From: Deltaproteobacteria bacterium
GTDB taxonomy: Bacteria > Myxococcota_A > Polyangia > Polyangiales > Houyiibacteriaceae
Direction: 5' to 3'
Assembly: GCA_034670305.1 (NCBI GenBank)
Contig: JAXMNT010000061.1
Coordinates: forward strand, 1 to 41,126
DNA: 41,126 bases
Under the pieces are notes generated by a model. That model was not told the DNA's origin. It made no database searches and worked only from the letters and a program-made list of their open reading frames with translations. Below are positions 28,929 to 38,555 of the stretch, in pieces. The first letter of the stretch is position 1. Every line of letters begins with the position of its first letter. The position numbers and the translations under genes are program-made.

Positions 28929-28961
28929 AACGCCTGGACTTCGGTCCGGGCGTTTTTGTTT
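28929..28961 (+). terminator. Rho-independent terminator of the rpsN-rpmG-rpmB operon
   Basis: AACGCCTGGAC-TTCG-GTCCGGGCGTT stem with a cUUCGg loop, followed by TTTGTTT. Confidence 0.9.
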
Positions 28962-29002
28962 GGGGTGCACAACTGCGATGCGGGGAGGTCGAGGAGGGCG
29001 CC

Positions 29003-29191
29003 ATGCGTCGCACCTCCCGAATCCCGAGTTCTCTCCACCACGATCCGCGCGGCGTCCTCATGGCCGAGTACGTCGTGCTGCTCGCGCTCGTTTCGCTCGT
29101 CGCCCTCGGCGCGTTCACCCAACTCGCGCCGGTGATGCTCGAAGAAGTCGCCGCCGCGGTCGAGGCGTTCCGCTGGTTGCCCCTCCGCTGA
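29003..29191 (+). CDS. Flp/Fap-like type IVc prepilin
   Basis: 62 aa. Basic leader, DPRG|VLMAEY motif, then a hydrophobic helix. GAGGAGG RBS upstream. Confidence 0.7.
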   Translation: MRRTSRIPSSLHHDPRGVLMAEYVVLLALVSLVALGAFTQLAPVMLEEVAAAVEAFRWLPLR

Positions 29192-29220
29192 AGACGGTGC
29201 CACACGGTCCGGGTGCGGCG

Positions 29221-29631
29221 TCAGTCGGCGAGGACCGCCGCCTTCAGCTCCGCAGCGAGCCCCGCCCCGTCGTCCAGCGAACCCGCCGGCCAGCCCACCT
29301 TCAGCCCAGCCTCCGGCGATGGTTTCGGAATGATGTGGAAGTGCACATGGAACACCGCTTGGTGTGCACCCGCCCCGTTGTTCTGCAGCACGTTGTACTC
29401 CTTGCAGCCGGAGACCTTCACCACCGCCCGGCAGATCCGTGGCAGCACCCGGCCGATGGCCGCAGCGCTCTCATCCGAAAGCGCATCGAGGGTGGCCGCC
29501 GGCTCTTTCGGGATCACGAGGGTGTGGCCGCGGCTCAGTGGACCGATGTCGAGGAAGGCCAGCACGTGCGCGTCCTGGTAGACCTCGTGACAGGGGATCT
29601 CTCCGGCGAGAATCTTGGCGAAGATCGTCAT
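29221..29631 (-). CDS. HIT family nucleotide hydrolase
   Basis: IFAKILAGEIP, GHTLVIPK, QNNG..A.Q.VFHVHFHII. Confidence 0.96.
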   Translation of the reverse strand: MTIFAKILAGEIPCHEVYQDAHVLAFLDIGPLSRGHTLVIPKEPAATLDALSDESAAAIGRVLPRICRAVVKVSGCKEYNVLQNNGAGAHQAVFHVHFHIIPKPSPEAGLKVGWPAGSLDDGAGLAAELKAAVLAD

Positions 29632-29687
29632 CTCGCAACTCTACCGCGTCCCGCGCGCAGTGCGCGCGAACCAACACGAGCGACGTT

Positions 29688-30401
29688 CTAGAATCCGAGT
29701 TCTTCGAGCTGGGCGTCCACCTTCTCGGCCCAGCCCTTGTTGGCGTGGGGGTTGGCGGGACTCGGGTGCATGATCTGTCCGAACTGGAGGCCTTCGATGT
29801 CGGCACACGCGGTCTCCGCGCGAACCCGTGCCCACTTGCCGACTCCGATCACCCACTTCGCATCGAGTGCGCGGACGGTTTGGCGCAGCGCCTCGTCGCA
29901 GACTTCGAGCAGTGGATCCCGCTCAACTTTCGGCAGCTTCTCGGGGACGCGGTTCTTGCCACCCGCGCCTTCCATGAACACGAGCGGGCAGTAGTTGACC
30001 ACGAAGAAGTCCGCGAAGAACGCCTCCGGCGTGCCGAAGCGTTCCTTCGCCCAGCCCCAGAGTCGGCGGCCGCTGACTTCCGAGCGGGTGCAGTCGAAGC
30101 CCTCGACGATTCGTTTCGGGTGTTCGACCGGTGGCTTGCCGACCTTGCCTGTGATGCCGAGCCAGTCACGCACATGGGCGATCTCCCCAAAGGGCACGCC
30201 GGTCTGCGCCATGCCGAAGGGTCCCGGGTTCATGCCCAACAAGAGCGCGCGCTTCGGCGCCTTGCCGTAGGTCTTCAGGTAGGCCTGGTGCGGCTCCGAT
30301 GCATAGACGAGCGGGTTGTACACATGGGTGACCGGCTCGGCGAACTTCATCGGCGCGAGCTTCTTGTTGAGCGTCTTCGTGAGGGTGATCAGATCAGGCA
30401 T
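29688..30401 (-). CDS. SMUG1-type (family 3) uracil-DNA glycosylase
   Basis: YNPL.YA, GMNPGPFGMAQTGVPFG, SEVSG, NYCPL, HPSPAN. Confidence 0.93.
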   Translation of the reverse strand: MPDLITLTKTLNKKLAPMKFAEPVTHVYNPLVYASEPHQAYLKTYGKAPKRALLLGMNPGPFGMAQTGVPFGEIAHVRDWLGITGKVGKPPVEHPKRIVEGFDCTRSEVSGRRLWGWAKERFGTPEAFFADFFVVNYCPLVFMEGAGGKNRVPEKLPKVERDPLLEVCDEALRQTVRALDAKWVIGVGKWARVRAETACADIEGLQFGQIMHPSPANPHANKGWAEKVDAQLEELGF

Positions 30402-30843
30402 CGATGGCCTCCGTCGGTTCGGATTCAATCGCAGCGGCCGCCAGCTTCTTGATGCGCGCGATCATCGAGTGCAGGCCGTTGTTGCGGCCTGGGCTCAGGT
30501 GTTTGCCGAGACCGAGTTCGTCCAAGACCTTCGCGTGGTCCGTCTCGAGGACCGAAGCGGCCGAGGTCTGGTCGAAGATGCGCAGCACGAGCGCCACCAA
30601 GCCGCGGACGATGTGGGCGTCGCTGTCGGCGCGAAAGTGCATGATCCCACCCTCTGCATAGCCGACCAACCAGACCTGGCTCATGCAGCCCTTCACCTTG
30701 TTGGCGTCCACCCGCTCTTGGTCTGGAAGCGGCGCGAGTTCGCCACCGAGCTCGATCAGGTAGCGGTACCGCTCGGTCCATTCGTCGAGGAGCTCGAACG
30801 TCTCCACCACCTCTTGCACGCGTGGGTTGGTCACTCGTGCCAT
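30394..30843 (-). CDS. sufE: SufE family Fe-S sulfur acceptor
   Basis: W.ERYRYLIELG, VKGCMSQVW, DSDAHIVRGL, HLSPGRNNGL. Stop overlaps the SMUG1 start. Confidence 0.92.
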   Translation of the reverse strand: MARVTNPRVQEVVETFELLDEWTERYRYLIELGGELAPLPDQERVDANKVKGCMSQVWLVGYAEGGIMHFRADSDAHIVRGLVALVLRIFDQTSAASVLETDHAKVLDELGLGKHLSPGRNNGLHSMIARIKKLAAAAIESEPTEAIDA

Positions 30844-30880
30844 GTAGCACTTTATCTCGTTGCAGGCCTGGCTCGCAGGC

Positions 30881-32317
30881 ATGAACCACTGGACGTCCGA
30901 GCGGTCGGCGTGGTTCGGTACCCGGGTGCGTTCAGTGACCTCGGTGCTCGCCGTGCTTCGCGTGTGGGTTGTCGTTCTCCTCGTCGGTGTCCTCACGACC
31001 GAAGCGAACGCGCAGTTCAGCGGTGGCAGCTTCGGAGGCTCGAGGGGCTTCGGCGGTTCCAGCTCATCGAGTTCGAGCTCGTCGTCCTCGAGCTGGGGTA
31101 GCAGTTCGAGCTCGGGTTCCAGCTCCTGGTCGAGTTCCAGTTCCAGCTCCGGAGAGAGTTCGTACGACCGCCAACGACGCGAACGCGAAGCACGCGCAGC
31201 GGCCGACCGCGCCCGGGCGCGGGAAGAAGCTGCGGCGGCGGCGCGCCGCGCGGAAGCGGCGCGCGTCGCGGAGGCGGCGCGCCGCGCCCGACAGCTGGCC
31301 AGCGATCGCGCGTTGCCGATCGAAGAACGGGCCGCGCTGGCTCGCCGGTTCCCGCCGATCTCCAACCGCACCGAGAGTTTCCCGCCGCAGAGCAACCCAC
31401 TCGAAGTGCTGCGGCCGCTCTCGCCCCACCACCTGCCGGATCCCGCGCCTGCGTTTGCGGCCAACGTCCCTTCGCACCGCTCGTACCTCGACCCCGACTG
31501 GCCGAGCGGCACCGGCTTGGCCGCGTTGCTCTTTCTCTGCCTGGCCGGGCTCGGCACCGTGTTCCGGAAGACGTTCGGGTCCCGAAGGGAACGCGTCCGC
31601 GCCCACCGCCGCGCGCGACGTGCCCCGCCGTCCGCGCAGCGCAACTGCGAAGTGCGCCGGTTCTCGATCGCGTTCGACTGGCGGCAGCGCCAGAAGATCC
31701 AATCGGGCCTCGAGGCCCTCGGCAAACGCTACGACATGTCCACCGAACACGGGATGTGGGCTGCGACCGATGCCGCGCTCACGCTTCTCGCCGACGCGAT
31801 GCCCGCGGTCCGCGCCGCCGTCTGGTCGACGCAGAAGGTCGGGCCGTCCGCCGCCGAACGAACCTTCCTCCAGATGTCGAGCGAGCTCGAGTCGAGGTTC
31901 CGACACGACGTGATGCGAGGACAGCGACCGGAAGCGCGGGCGGGGGCGGAAGAAGGCGAAGGATTCGTCGTCGTCTCGGTGGTCCTCGGCGCCACCCGGC
32001 ACCTGCGCACCATGTCACGCTCCCTGACGCCCACGTCGCTCTCCCACGAACTTCGTGCGGTGAGTTCGGTCGGCGCATCCGCGCTCGTCGCGGTGAAGAT
32101 CATCTGGTCGCCGGCGCTCGACGCGGACCGCATGAGCTCGGCCGAGATGGCGACGATCTACCCAGAGCTTCTGCCGCTTACCGACCAGCCCATGGGCCGC
32201 GTGCACTGCGGCTACTGCGAAGCGCCCTTCACCGCGGAGCTCTCCGAGTGTCCCGCGTGCGGCGCCCCCCACACCCCGCCCGCACCGTTTCCCCGAGCGA
32301 TCCCAGACCCCGCCTGA
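30881..32317 (+). CDS. DUF1517-like protein with Gly/Ser-rich N-terminus and C-terminal zinc ribbon
   Basis: Signal then AQFSGGSFGG, poly-Ser, TM, DUF1517 pattern (IQ..LE.L....D.ST..G; AE.TF; FVVVSVV; IIWSP..D.DRMS; YPEL), then CGYC-x10-CPAC. Start uncertain. Confidence 0.8.
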   Translation: MNHWTSERSAWFGTRVRSVTSVLAVLRVWVVVLLVGVLTTEANAQFSGGSFGGSRGFGGSSSSSSSSSSSSWGSSSSSGSSSWSSSSSSSGESSYDRQRREREARAAADRARAREEAAAAARRAEAARVAEAARRARQLASDRALPIEERAALARRFPPISNRTESFPPQSNPLEVLRPLSPHHLPDPAPAFAANVPSHRSYLDPDWPSGTGLAALLFLCLAGLGTVFRKTFGSRRERVRAHRRARRAPPSAQRNCEVRRFSIAFDWRQRQKIQSGLEALGKRYDMSTEHGMWAATDAALTLLADAMPAVRAAVWSTQKVGPSAAERTFLQMSSELESRFRHDVMRGQRPEARAGAEEGEGFVVVSVVLGATRHLRTMSRSLTPTSLSHELRAVSSVGASALVAVKIIWSPALDADRMSSAEMATIYPELLPLTDQPMGRVHCGYCEAPFTAELSECPACGAPHTPPAPFPRAIPDPA

Positions 32318-32323
32318 GGCACG

Positions 32324-32356
32324 AAAAAGCCGCCGATGATGCATCGGCGGCTTTCT
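32324..32356. terminator. Bidirectional intrinsic terminator between the DUF1517-like gene and dnaK
   Basis: AAAGCCGCCGATG-ATG-CATCGGCGGCTTT perfect 13-bp stem. The A5 run gives a U-tail for the dnaK strand. Confidence 0.88.
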
Positions 32357-32378
32357 CACATGCGCGTTGCGGGAGCGC

Positions 32379-34277
32379 TCAGTTCTCTTCGAACTCCGCG
32401 TCGATGACGTCGTCGTCGCCAGGCGCTGCGTCGGGTGCCTCACCAGCCGGTGCGCCGCCCGGTGCCGGGGCGCCGTCGGCGGCCTGCGAGTACGCGATCG
32501 AAGCGACCTCCTGCATCGCGGTCTCGAGCTCCGTCATGCGGCTCTTGATGAGCTCTTCGTTCTGCTCTTCGATCGCGGTGCGCAAGGCTTCGACCTTGCC
32601 CTTGATGGGCGCGAGCTTCTCTTCCGGAACCTTGCCCTCGAGGTCGCCGAGCGACTTCTCGACGCCGTGCACGAGTGCGTCCGCCTTGTTGCGGGTCTCG
32701 ACCTCTTCGCGTCGACGGCGATCCTCTTCCGCGTGTTTCTCCGACTCGTCGACCATCGAGGTGATCTCGTCATCCGACAGACCGCTGTTCGACGTGATGG
32801 TGACCGTCTGGTCCTTGCCCGTGGCTTCGTCGCGGGCCGTGACCGAGAGGATGCCGTTGGCGTCGATGTCGAAGGTCACTTTGATCTTCGGCATGCCGCG
32901 CTGCGCCGGCGGGAGCCCGTCGAGATGGAAACGACCGAGCGTGCGGTTGTGCTTTGCCTCGGCGCGCTCGCCCTGGAGCACGTGGATCTCGACCTTCGTC
33001 TGGTTGTCGTCCGCGGTCGAGTACGTGTCCTCCGCGCGGGTCGGGATGGTGGTGTTCCGAGGAATCATCACCGTCATGACGCCGCCGAGGGTCTCGACGC
33101 CCAGGCTGAGCGGCGTGACGTCGAGCAGCACCATGTCTTTGACGTCGCCGCTGAGCACACCGGCCTGTACGGCCGCGCCAAGCGCCACCACTTCGTCCGG
33201 GTTCACGCCGCGGTGCGGCTCCTTGCCGAAGAACTTCTTCACCTTCTCCTGCACGAGCGGCATGCGGGTCGAGCCACCGACCATCACGACCTCGTCGATG
33301 TCCTGCGGCGTCTTGCGCGCATCGGCGAGTGCCTTGCGGACCGGCTCGAGCGTGCGCTCGACCAGCTCTTCGAGCATGGACTCGAGCTTCGCGCGCGTGA
33401 GGCGGATGTTGAGATGCTTCGGGCCCGTCGCGTCCATCGTGAGGAACGGAAGGTTGACCGTGGTCTCGAGCTTCGAGCTGAGTTCGATCTTCGCCTTCTC
33501 GGCCGCGTCCTTGAGGCGCTGGAGCACCATCTTGTCGGTCGAGACGTCGAGGCCGGTGTCGCGCTTGAACTCGGCGATGAGGTATTCGATGACTTTTTCG
33601 TCGACGTCGTCGCCACCCAAATGGGTGTCGCCGTTCGTGCTGACGACCTGGACCATCTCACCCGAGACCTCGAGAATCGAGATGTCGAAGGTGCCGCCGC
33701 CGAAGTCGTAGACCGCGATCAGCTGCTCGGTCTTCTTGTCGAGACCGTACGCGAGCGCCGCCGCGGTCGGCTCGTTGACGATGCGCTTCACGTCGAGGCC
33801 AGCGATCTTCCCGGCGTCCTTGGTCGCCTGTCGCTGCGAGTCGTTGAAGTACGCGGGCACCGTGATGACCGCGGCGGTCACCGGCTGTCCGAGGTAATCC
33901 TCGGCGGCGGCCTTGAGCTTGCGCAGGATGTGCGCGGAGACCTCGGGCGGCGCGACGTCCGTCTCGCGGACCCGGAAACCGACATCGCCATTGTCGCGAC
34001 GCACACAGGCGTACGGCATGCGTTTGACATCGACATCCGACTCACTGAAGCGGCGGCCGATGAAACGTTTCGTCGAGTAGAGCGTGCCCTCTGGGTTCGT
34101 GATCGCCTGCCGCTTGGCGGCGATGCCCACGAGGACTTCGTCGTCCTCTGCCCACGCCACGATCGAGGGCGTCGTGCGGTCGCCTTCTTGGTTGACGATG
34201 ACCTTGGGCTCGTCGCCCTCCATGACCGCGACGACGCTGTTGGTCGTGCCGAGATCGATGCCGATGATCTTGCCCAT
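32379..34277 (-). CDS. dnaK: Molecular chaperone DnaK (Hsp70)
   Basis: [35 protein letters not shown], linker [14 protein letters not shown]-terminal DVIDAEFEE. Confidence 0.98.
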   Translation of the reverse strand: MGKIIGIDLGTTNSVVAVMEGDEPKVIVNQEGDRTTPSIVAWAEDDEVLVGIAAKRQAITNPEGTLYSTKRFIGRRFSESDVDVKRMPYACVRRDNGDVGFRVRETDVAPPEVSAHILRKLKAAAEDYLGQPVTAAVITVPAYFNDSQRQATKDAGKIAGLDVKRIVNEPTAAALAYGLDKKTEQLIAVYDFGGGTFDISILEVSGEMVQVVSTNGDTHLGGDDVDEKVIEYLIAEFKRDTGLDVSTDKMVLQRLKDAAEKAKIELSSKLETTVNLPFLTMDATGPKHLNIRLTRAKLESMLEELVERTLEPVRKALADARKTPQDIDEVVMVGGSTRMPLVQEKVKKFFGKEPHRGVNPDEVVALGAAVQAGVLSGDVKDMVLLDVTPLSLGVETLGGVMTVMIPRNTTIPTRAEDTYSTADDNQTKVEIHVLQGERAEAKHNRTLGRFHLDGLPPAQRGMPKIKVTFDIDANGILSVTARDEATGKDQTVTITSNSGLSDDEITSMVDESEKHAEEDRRRREEVETRNKADALVHGVEKSLGDLEGKVPEEKLAPIKGKVEALRTAIEEQNEELIKSRMTELETAMQEVASIAYSQAADGAPAPGGAPAGEAPDAAPGDDDVIDAEFEEN

Positions 34278-34606
34278 TCGTGTGTTCCTCTGGTGTGGGG
34301 GTGGGGTCGCATCTGTCTTGGGAACTCCACCGCGAGGGACCGGGTTCGGGACCCGAGACCAGGACCGTCGATGGAGACAGCAGATGCTGTGAAAGGCCTA
34401 CGTTTTCGGCCTGAATGTTGAAAGTGGACGGGGCGGGTTTGCCCCGAGCGGCTGATGGTTGGGAACATAATCACACGGTTTTCGTGGTCAACCGGGCGCG
34501 CCCCCAACGATGCGCGGGGCGTGTGTGTTCTCGCAGTGCCGGGCAACGGTGGCCAGTGCAGCCCAACTTGCGAAGACCCGTTGTCGATGCCACGACCGCC
34601 CGACCC

Positions 34607-36193
34607 GTGGCCGCCCCTGAACCACCCGAACCGCCCGCAGAGGACGCATCGACGCCCCCAGAGGCTGCACCGTCGACCGCCACACGACCGGTCAGCACCG
34701 GTCGCGGCGCGCTCGCGATCGCCAGCGCAAAGATCTGGTTCATCGTCACCAGCTACGGCATCCAGCTCTCGCTCCCGCGACTGCTCGAGTCGGCGCGGGA
34801 CTTCGGCCTCTACAAGAGCACGCTCGCTGGGGTGTCGATCCTGAACAACGTCCTGATCGTCGCCACCATCCAGTCGGTGTCGAAGTTCGTCAGCGAGCAG
34901 GACGATCCAGGCGCGTCCTCGGCGCTCCTGAGACAAGGCGTGCGCATCCAGCTGATGCTCGGAGGGCTGCTCGCCGGGTTGCTCTTTCTCGGGGCACCGG
35001 TGCTCTCCGAGTTGCTGCTGGATGAGGCGGTCACCCCGCTGCTCCGGATCGCGTGCGTCGTGGTGTTCGTCTACGCGCTCTACGGCGCGATGGTGGGATC
35101 GCTGAACGGCCGGCGTCTCTTCCTGCGCCAAGCGGCACTCGACGGCACCTTCTCCACATTGCGCGCCACCGGCATCATCGGCGGCGCCGCACTCGGGCTC
35201 GGCGCGTTCGGCGCGCTCGCCGGCTGGGCAGGCGCCGCGGTGCTCGTGGCCACGGTGGCGTTCTTCGTGGTCCGAAAGGACATCTTCCGAGCCGGCGACT
35301 CACCGGTCTCGACGCGGCGCTGGCTCGCCTTCATGGCGCCGATCTGGATCTACCAAGCCGCCCTCAACGGCGTGCTGCTGCTGGACGTCCAGGTCCTCAA
35401 ACGAACGCTCGCGGAGGTGCAGCTCGGCCTCGGTGCCACGTCCGAAGCCGCGGCCGACGTGGCCAACGAGTACGTGGGCTACTACGGCGCGGCACAGACA
35501 TTCGCGTTCGTGCCCTACCAGCTGATCATCGCGCTCACGTTCGTCATCTTCCCGATGATCTCGAGGGCGACGAGTGCGGGGGATCGGGAAGCGGCCCAGG
35601 AGACGATCCGCGGCGCGATGCGGTTCAGCCTGCTCTTCTTGCTATCGATCGCCGCGCCGGTGGCCGGTGCCGCGACGGGCGTGCTCCGCATCGCCTACCC
35701 CGTCGAGTACTTGGTGGGCGCACCGGCCCTGGCGACCCTGGTCTTTGGTCTGGTCGCGTTCGCGCTCTTCGCGGTGTGTGCGACCGCGCTCGGAAGCGCG
35801 GGGCGACCCGGCACCGCAGCGGCGGTCGCGACGGTTGGTGTGGTGGTCGTCGTGGTGGCCAACCGCCTGCTCGTCCTGGCCGCGCCGGACCCGGCCAGCG
35901 CCTTGCCGGCCGCAGCGCTCGGAACCAGCCTCGGCATGGGCACCGCCTTCGTTCTGGCGGCCATCGCGGTCTACCACCGGTTCGGTGCGCTCTTCGGTCT
36001 TTGGACCGTGGTGCGCGCAGCGATGGCGGGCGCGGTCGGATGGACTGCGGCGTACTTCATCCCGCACGAGAGTTTCGTCGGGGCGCTGCTCGCGTTGATG
36101 GCCGGCTTCGCCAGCTACGGCGTGGCGCTCGTCGTCGTCGGCGAGCTCGGCACCAAGGACCTCGCGGCCGTGCGGCGCGTACTGAAACGCTGA
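34607..36193 (+). CDS. MOP-superfamily oligosaccharide flippase / polysaccharide export protein
   Basis: About 12-14 TM helices, VGYYGAAQ..A.VP..L, VIFPMIS. Start uncertain (ORF open from 34415). Confidence 0.82.
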   Translation: MAAPEPPEPPAEDASTPPEAAPSTATRPVSTGRGALAIASAKIWFIVTSYGIQLSLPRLLESARDFGLYKSTLAGVSILNNVLIVATIQSVSKFVSEQDDPGASSALLRQGVRIQLMLGGLLAGLLFLGAPVLSELLLDEAVTPLLRIACVVVFVYALYGAMVGSLNGRRLFLRQAALDGTFSTLRATGIIGGAALGLGAFGALAGWAGAAVLVATVAFFVVRKDIFRAGDSPVSTRRWLAFMAPIWIYQAALNGVLLLDVQVLKRTLAEVQLGLGATSEAAADVANEYVGYYGAAQTFAFVPYQLIIALTFVIFPMISRATSAGDREAAQETIRGAMRFSLLFLLSIAAPVAGAATGVLRIAYPVEYLVGAPALATLVFGLVAFALFAVCATALGSAGRPGTAAAVATVGVVVVVVANRLLVLAAPDPASALPAAALGTSLGMGTAFVLAAIAVYHRFGALFGLWTVVRAAMAGAVGWTAAYFIPHESFVGALLALMAGFASYGVALVVVGELGTKDLAAVRRVLKR

Positions 36194-36241
36194 CGCAGCA
36201 CACCTCGCGGCCGTGCACCGCGCACGAAGCGCCGACGAAGC

Positions 36242-37384
36242 TCACCACGCAACCGGCGCTGCTTCGTCGTTCGGAGCGGGGAACGATCCTCGGAAGAGCC
36301 AGACCGGAAGCACGTAGCCAGCCAGGAACCCGACGAGCGCACCGACGAGCACATCGGAGAAGTAGTGCCGTTCAGCGACGATCCGCAACGAAGCCGCGAG
36401 ACTCGCGGTCGCGAGGGCGGTCGCGCACTCGATGTACCCGAGCGCGCTCTGTCCCCGCAGCTTCTGATGCGCGCACACGAGCGACGCGCCGGTGAACGAC
36501 TGCGCGCTGTGCCCGCTGATGAAACTCTGAAAGCGGGACGACGAATCGCAGGCGGAGTCGTAGGTCGGATCGTCGATGCAAGGTTGGTCGTAGGGGCGAC
36601 CACGGCGCGCGACGTGTTTGGTGCCGACGACGAAGAGCCCACTCACCGCGAACGCGAGCGTGTCCGCCGCGATCAGTCGATACGCCACGCGCGATCGACT
36701 CGACCCACGCTGGTGCCAGAGCGCGACATCGATCACCGGCGCCGCCATGGACGCGACCAGAAACACATCGCTCGCGCGCGCCGCGCGGCGACGCCCCTCC
36801 GGCGTCGATCGGACCCAGCTGCCGAACCCACGATCGATCGCCCCCACCCGACGCCACCGCGCCGAGTCGGACGACACCGCAAGATCCACCGCCAGCGTCG
36901 CACCGAGCAACGGCGCCGCCACCAGCCACGGCCAGTACTCGAGCGGAGGCTCCGCGACCACAAGGCCGGAGTCGGCATCGGCTTCGGCGTCGGCGTCGGC
37001 GTCGGCTTCAACTTCGGCGTCGGCTTCGGCTTCGGCGTCGGCTTCGGCTTCGGCTTCGGCTTCGGCTTCGGCTTCGGCTTCGGCGTCGGCTTCGGGATCG
37101 GCTTCGGCTTCGGCTTCGGCTTCCGCTCCCGCTCCCGCTTCCGCTTCCGCTTCCGCTTCCGCTTCCGCTTCCGCTTCCGCTTCCGCTTCCGCTTCCGCTT
37201 CCGCTCCCGCTTCCGCTTCCGCTCCCGCTTCCGCTACCGCTTCCGCTTCCGCTTCCGCTTCCGCTTCCGTTTCGGCTGCTTGGGCGTGGACGCCCACGGA
37301 TGCGAACCAGCACAGGCAGAGCGCGATCACCCAGTACGACCCGCGCCTCGATGGGGGGACGGACACGCGGCGTCCCCGCATCAT
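36242..37384 (-). CDS. PAP2 family phosphatase with N-terminal (EA)n linker
   Basis: [27 protein letters not shown]. Signal peptide precedes the repeat. Confidence 0.88.
   Translation of the reverse strand: MMRGRRVSVPPSRRGSYWVIALCLCWFASVGVHAQAAETEAEAEAEAEAVAEAGAEAEAGAEAEAEAEAEAEAEAEAEAEAEAGAGAEAEAEAEADPEADAEAEAEAEAEAEAEADAEAEADAEVEADADADAEADADSGLVVAEPPLEYWPWLVAAPLLGATLAVDLAVSSDSARWRRVGAIDRGFGSWVRSTPEGRRRAARASDVFLVASMAAPVIDVALWHQRGSSRSRVAYRLIAADTLAFAVSGLFVVGTKHVARRGRPYDQPCIDDPTYDSACDSSSRFQSFISGHSAQSFTGASLVCAHQKLRGQSALGYIECATALATASLAASLRIVAERHYFSDVLVGALVGFLAGYVLPVWLFRGSFPAPNDEAAPVAW
36972..37277. repeat. In-frame hexamer array in the PAP2 gene
   Basis: About 25 TCGGNN units (36972-37121), then about 25 TCCGCT-type units (37122-37271). 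Confidence 0.95.
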
Positions 37385-37460
37385 CGCCCGGCAGGCCGGA
37401 TCCCTGACCCGTGCGCTCGGAGGAACTTGCAGAGGTGTCGTCGGTCCGCCCACGCCGCCG

Positions 37461-38534
37461 TCAACGCAGCAGCGTGTTCTTCTCGAGCGCTTCGCGCAGG
37501 CGCTCCATGTCGACATGGCGCGCGATCACGATGAGCGAGTCGCCCGCCTGGATCTTCGCTTCGGGTCCCGGGTTGTACTCGTAGCCGCCCTCCATGTCCC
37601 GGATCGCCACCACGAGCGCACCGGTCTTCCGAATGGTCGCGTCCATGAGTCGTTTGCCGACGAGGTTGCTGCCCGGGGGAATGAGGACGCCCTCGATCCG
37701 AAGGGTGCGATCGACGCTCAGCAGTCGGTCCAGGAACTCGACGGCGTACGGACGGATCATCTCACTCACGAGTCGGCGTCCACCGATCTCGTTTGGCGAC
37801 ACGACGCGGTGTGCACCAGCGCGGCGCAGCTTCGACTTCGCGCTGACCTCGACCGCCTTCGCGATGATGGTGGCTTTCTTGTTCAGCGCGCGCACCGACA
37901 CGGTGACGAAGACGTTGTCCTTGTCGTCGTGCAAGACCGCGATGACGCCTCGGGCATGCTTCACCCGCGCACGGGTCAGGCTCAAGTCGTCCGTCGCGTC
38001 GCCTTCGACGTACAGGATGCGCGCATCGAGGTGTTCGCAGAGAAGCGCGACCCGATCCGGGTCCATGTCGATGACCACGAACTTCTCTTCGGCCTCGAGC
38101 AGCTCTCGGATCACGTGTTCGCCGGTGCTGCCGGCCCCACACACCACGATGTGGTCGGTGAGCTTCTCGATCTCTTTTTCCATGGCGCGGATGCGGAGAA
38201 TACCCCGGAGGTCGACTTCGACGAACAACGCGGTCAACTGAGTGAAGAACGTGAGCAAGAACCCGGTGCCCAGCACGATGAGCACCATCGTGACCAGGCG
38301 CGCGTGCTGGACATGCTCCATGCCTTCGAGGGACTCGCCGAAACCCACCGTGGAGACGGTGATCACGGTCATGTAGAGGCAGTCGAAGAACGACCAACGG
38401 CCGCCGCCCAAGTGGTAATAGGCGGTCGCGCCGAACATCACGACGCACACCATGATGAACGCGATGCTCGCCAAGCTCGCGACCCGCTTGCTCTGGGCGT
38501 CCTTGTCCGCCTGGTACGAGGTGTGCGGGTTCAT
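37461..38534 (-). CDS. 2-TM potassium channel with RCK_N/RCK_C (TrkA) domains
   Basis: Pore TVSTVGFGE, HIVVCGAGSTG, GDAT, C-terminal TrkA-C (VVAIR...NPG). Confidence 0.93.
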   Translation of the reverse strand: MNPHTSYQADKDAQSKRVASLASIAFIMVCVVMFGATAYYHLGGGRWSFFDCLYMTVITVSTVGFGESLEGMEHVQHARLVTMVLIVLGTGFLLTFFTQLTALFVEVDLRGILRIRAMEKEIEKLTDHIVVCGAGSTGEHVIRELLEAEEKFVVIDMDPDRVALLCEHLDARILYVEGDATDDLSLTRARVKHARGVIAVLHDDKDNVFVTVSVRALNKKATIIAKAVEVSAKSKLRRAGAHRVVSPNEIGGRRLVSEMIRPYAVEFLDRLLSVDRTLRIEGVLIPPGSNLVGKRLMDATIRKTGALVVAIRDMEGGYEYNPGPEAKIQAGDSLIVIARHVDMERLREALEKNTLLR

Positions 38535-38555
38535 CGGTGCGAGACCAGCACGTGC

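Noticed and set aside
29652-29668. CGCGCGCA-G-TGCGCGCG inverted repeat between SMUG1 and HIT
   Set aside because: Low-complexity CG run with no U-tract. Not supportable as a terminator.
32367-34421. 684-aa ORF antisense to dnaK
   Set aside because: Long antisense frames opposite hsp70 genes are a known codon-bias artefact.
34278-34606. CIRCE or sigma32 promoter upstream of dnaK
   Set aside because: No TTAGCACTC-N9-GAGTGCTAA and no convincing CTTGAA/CCCCAT pair on the dnaK strand.
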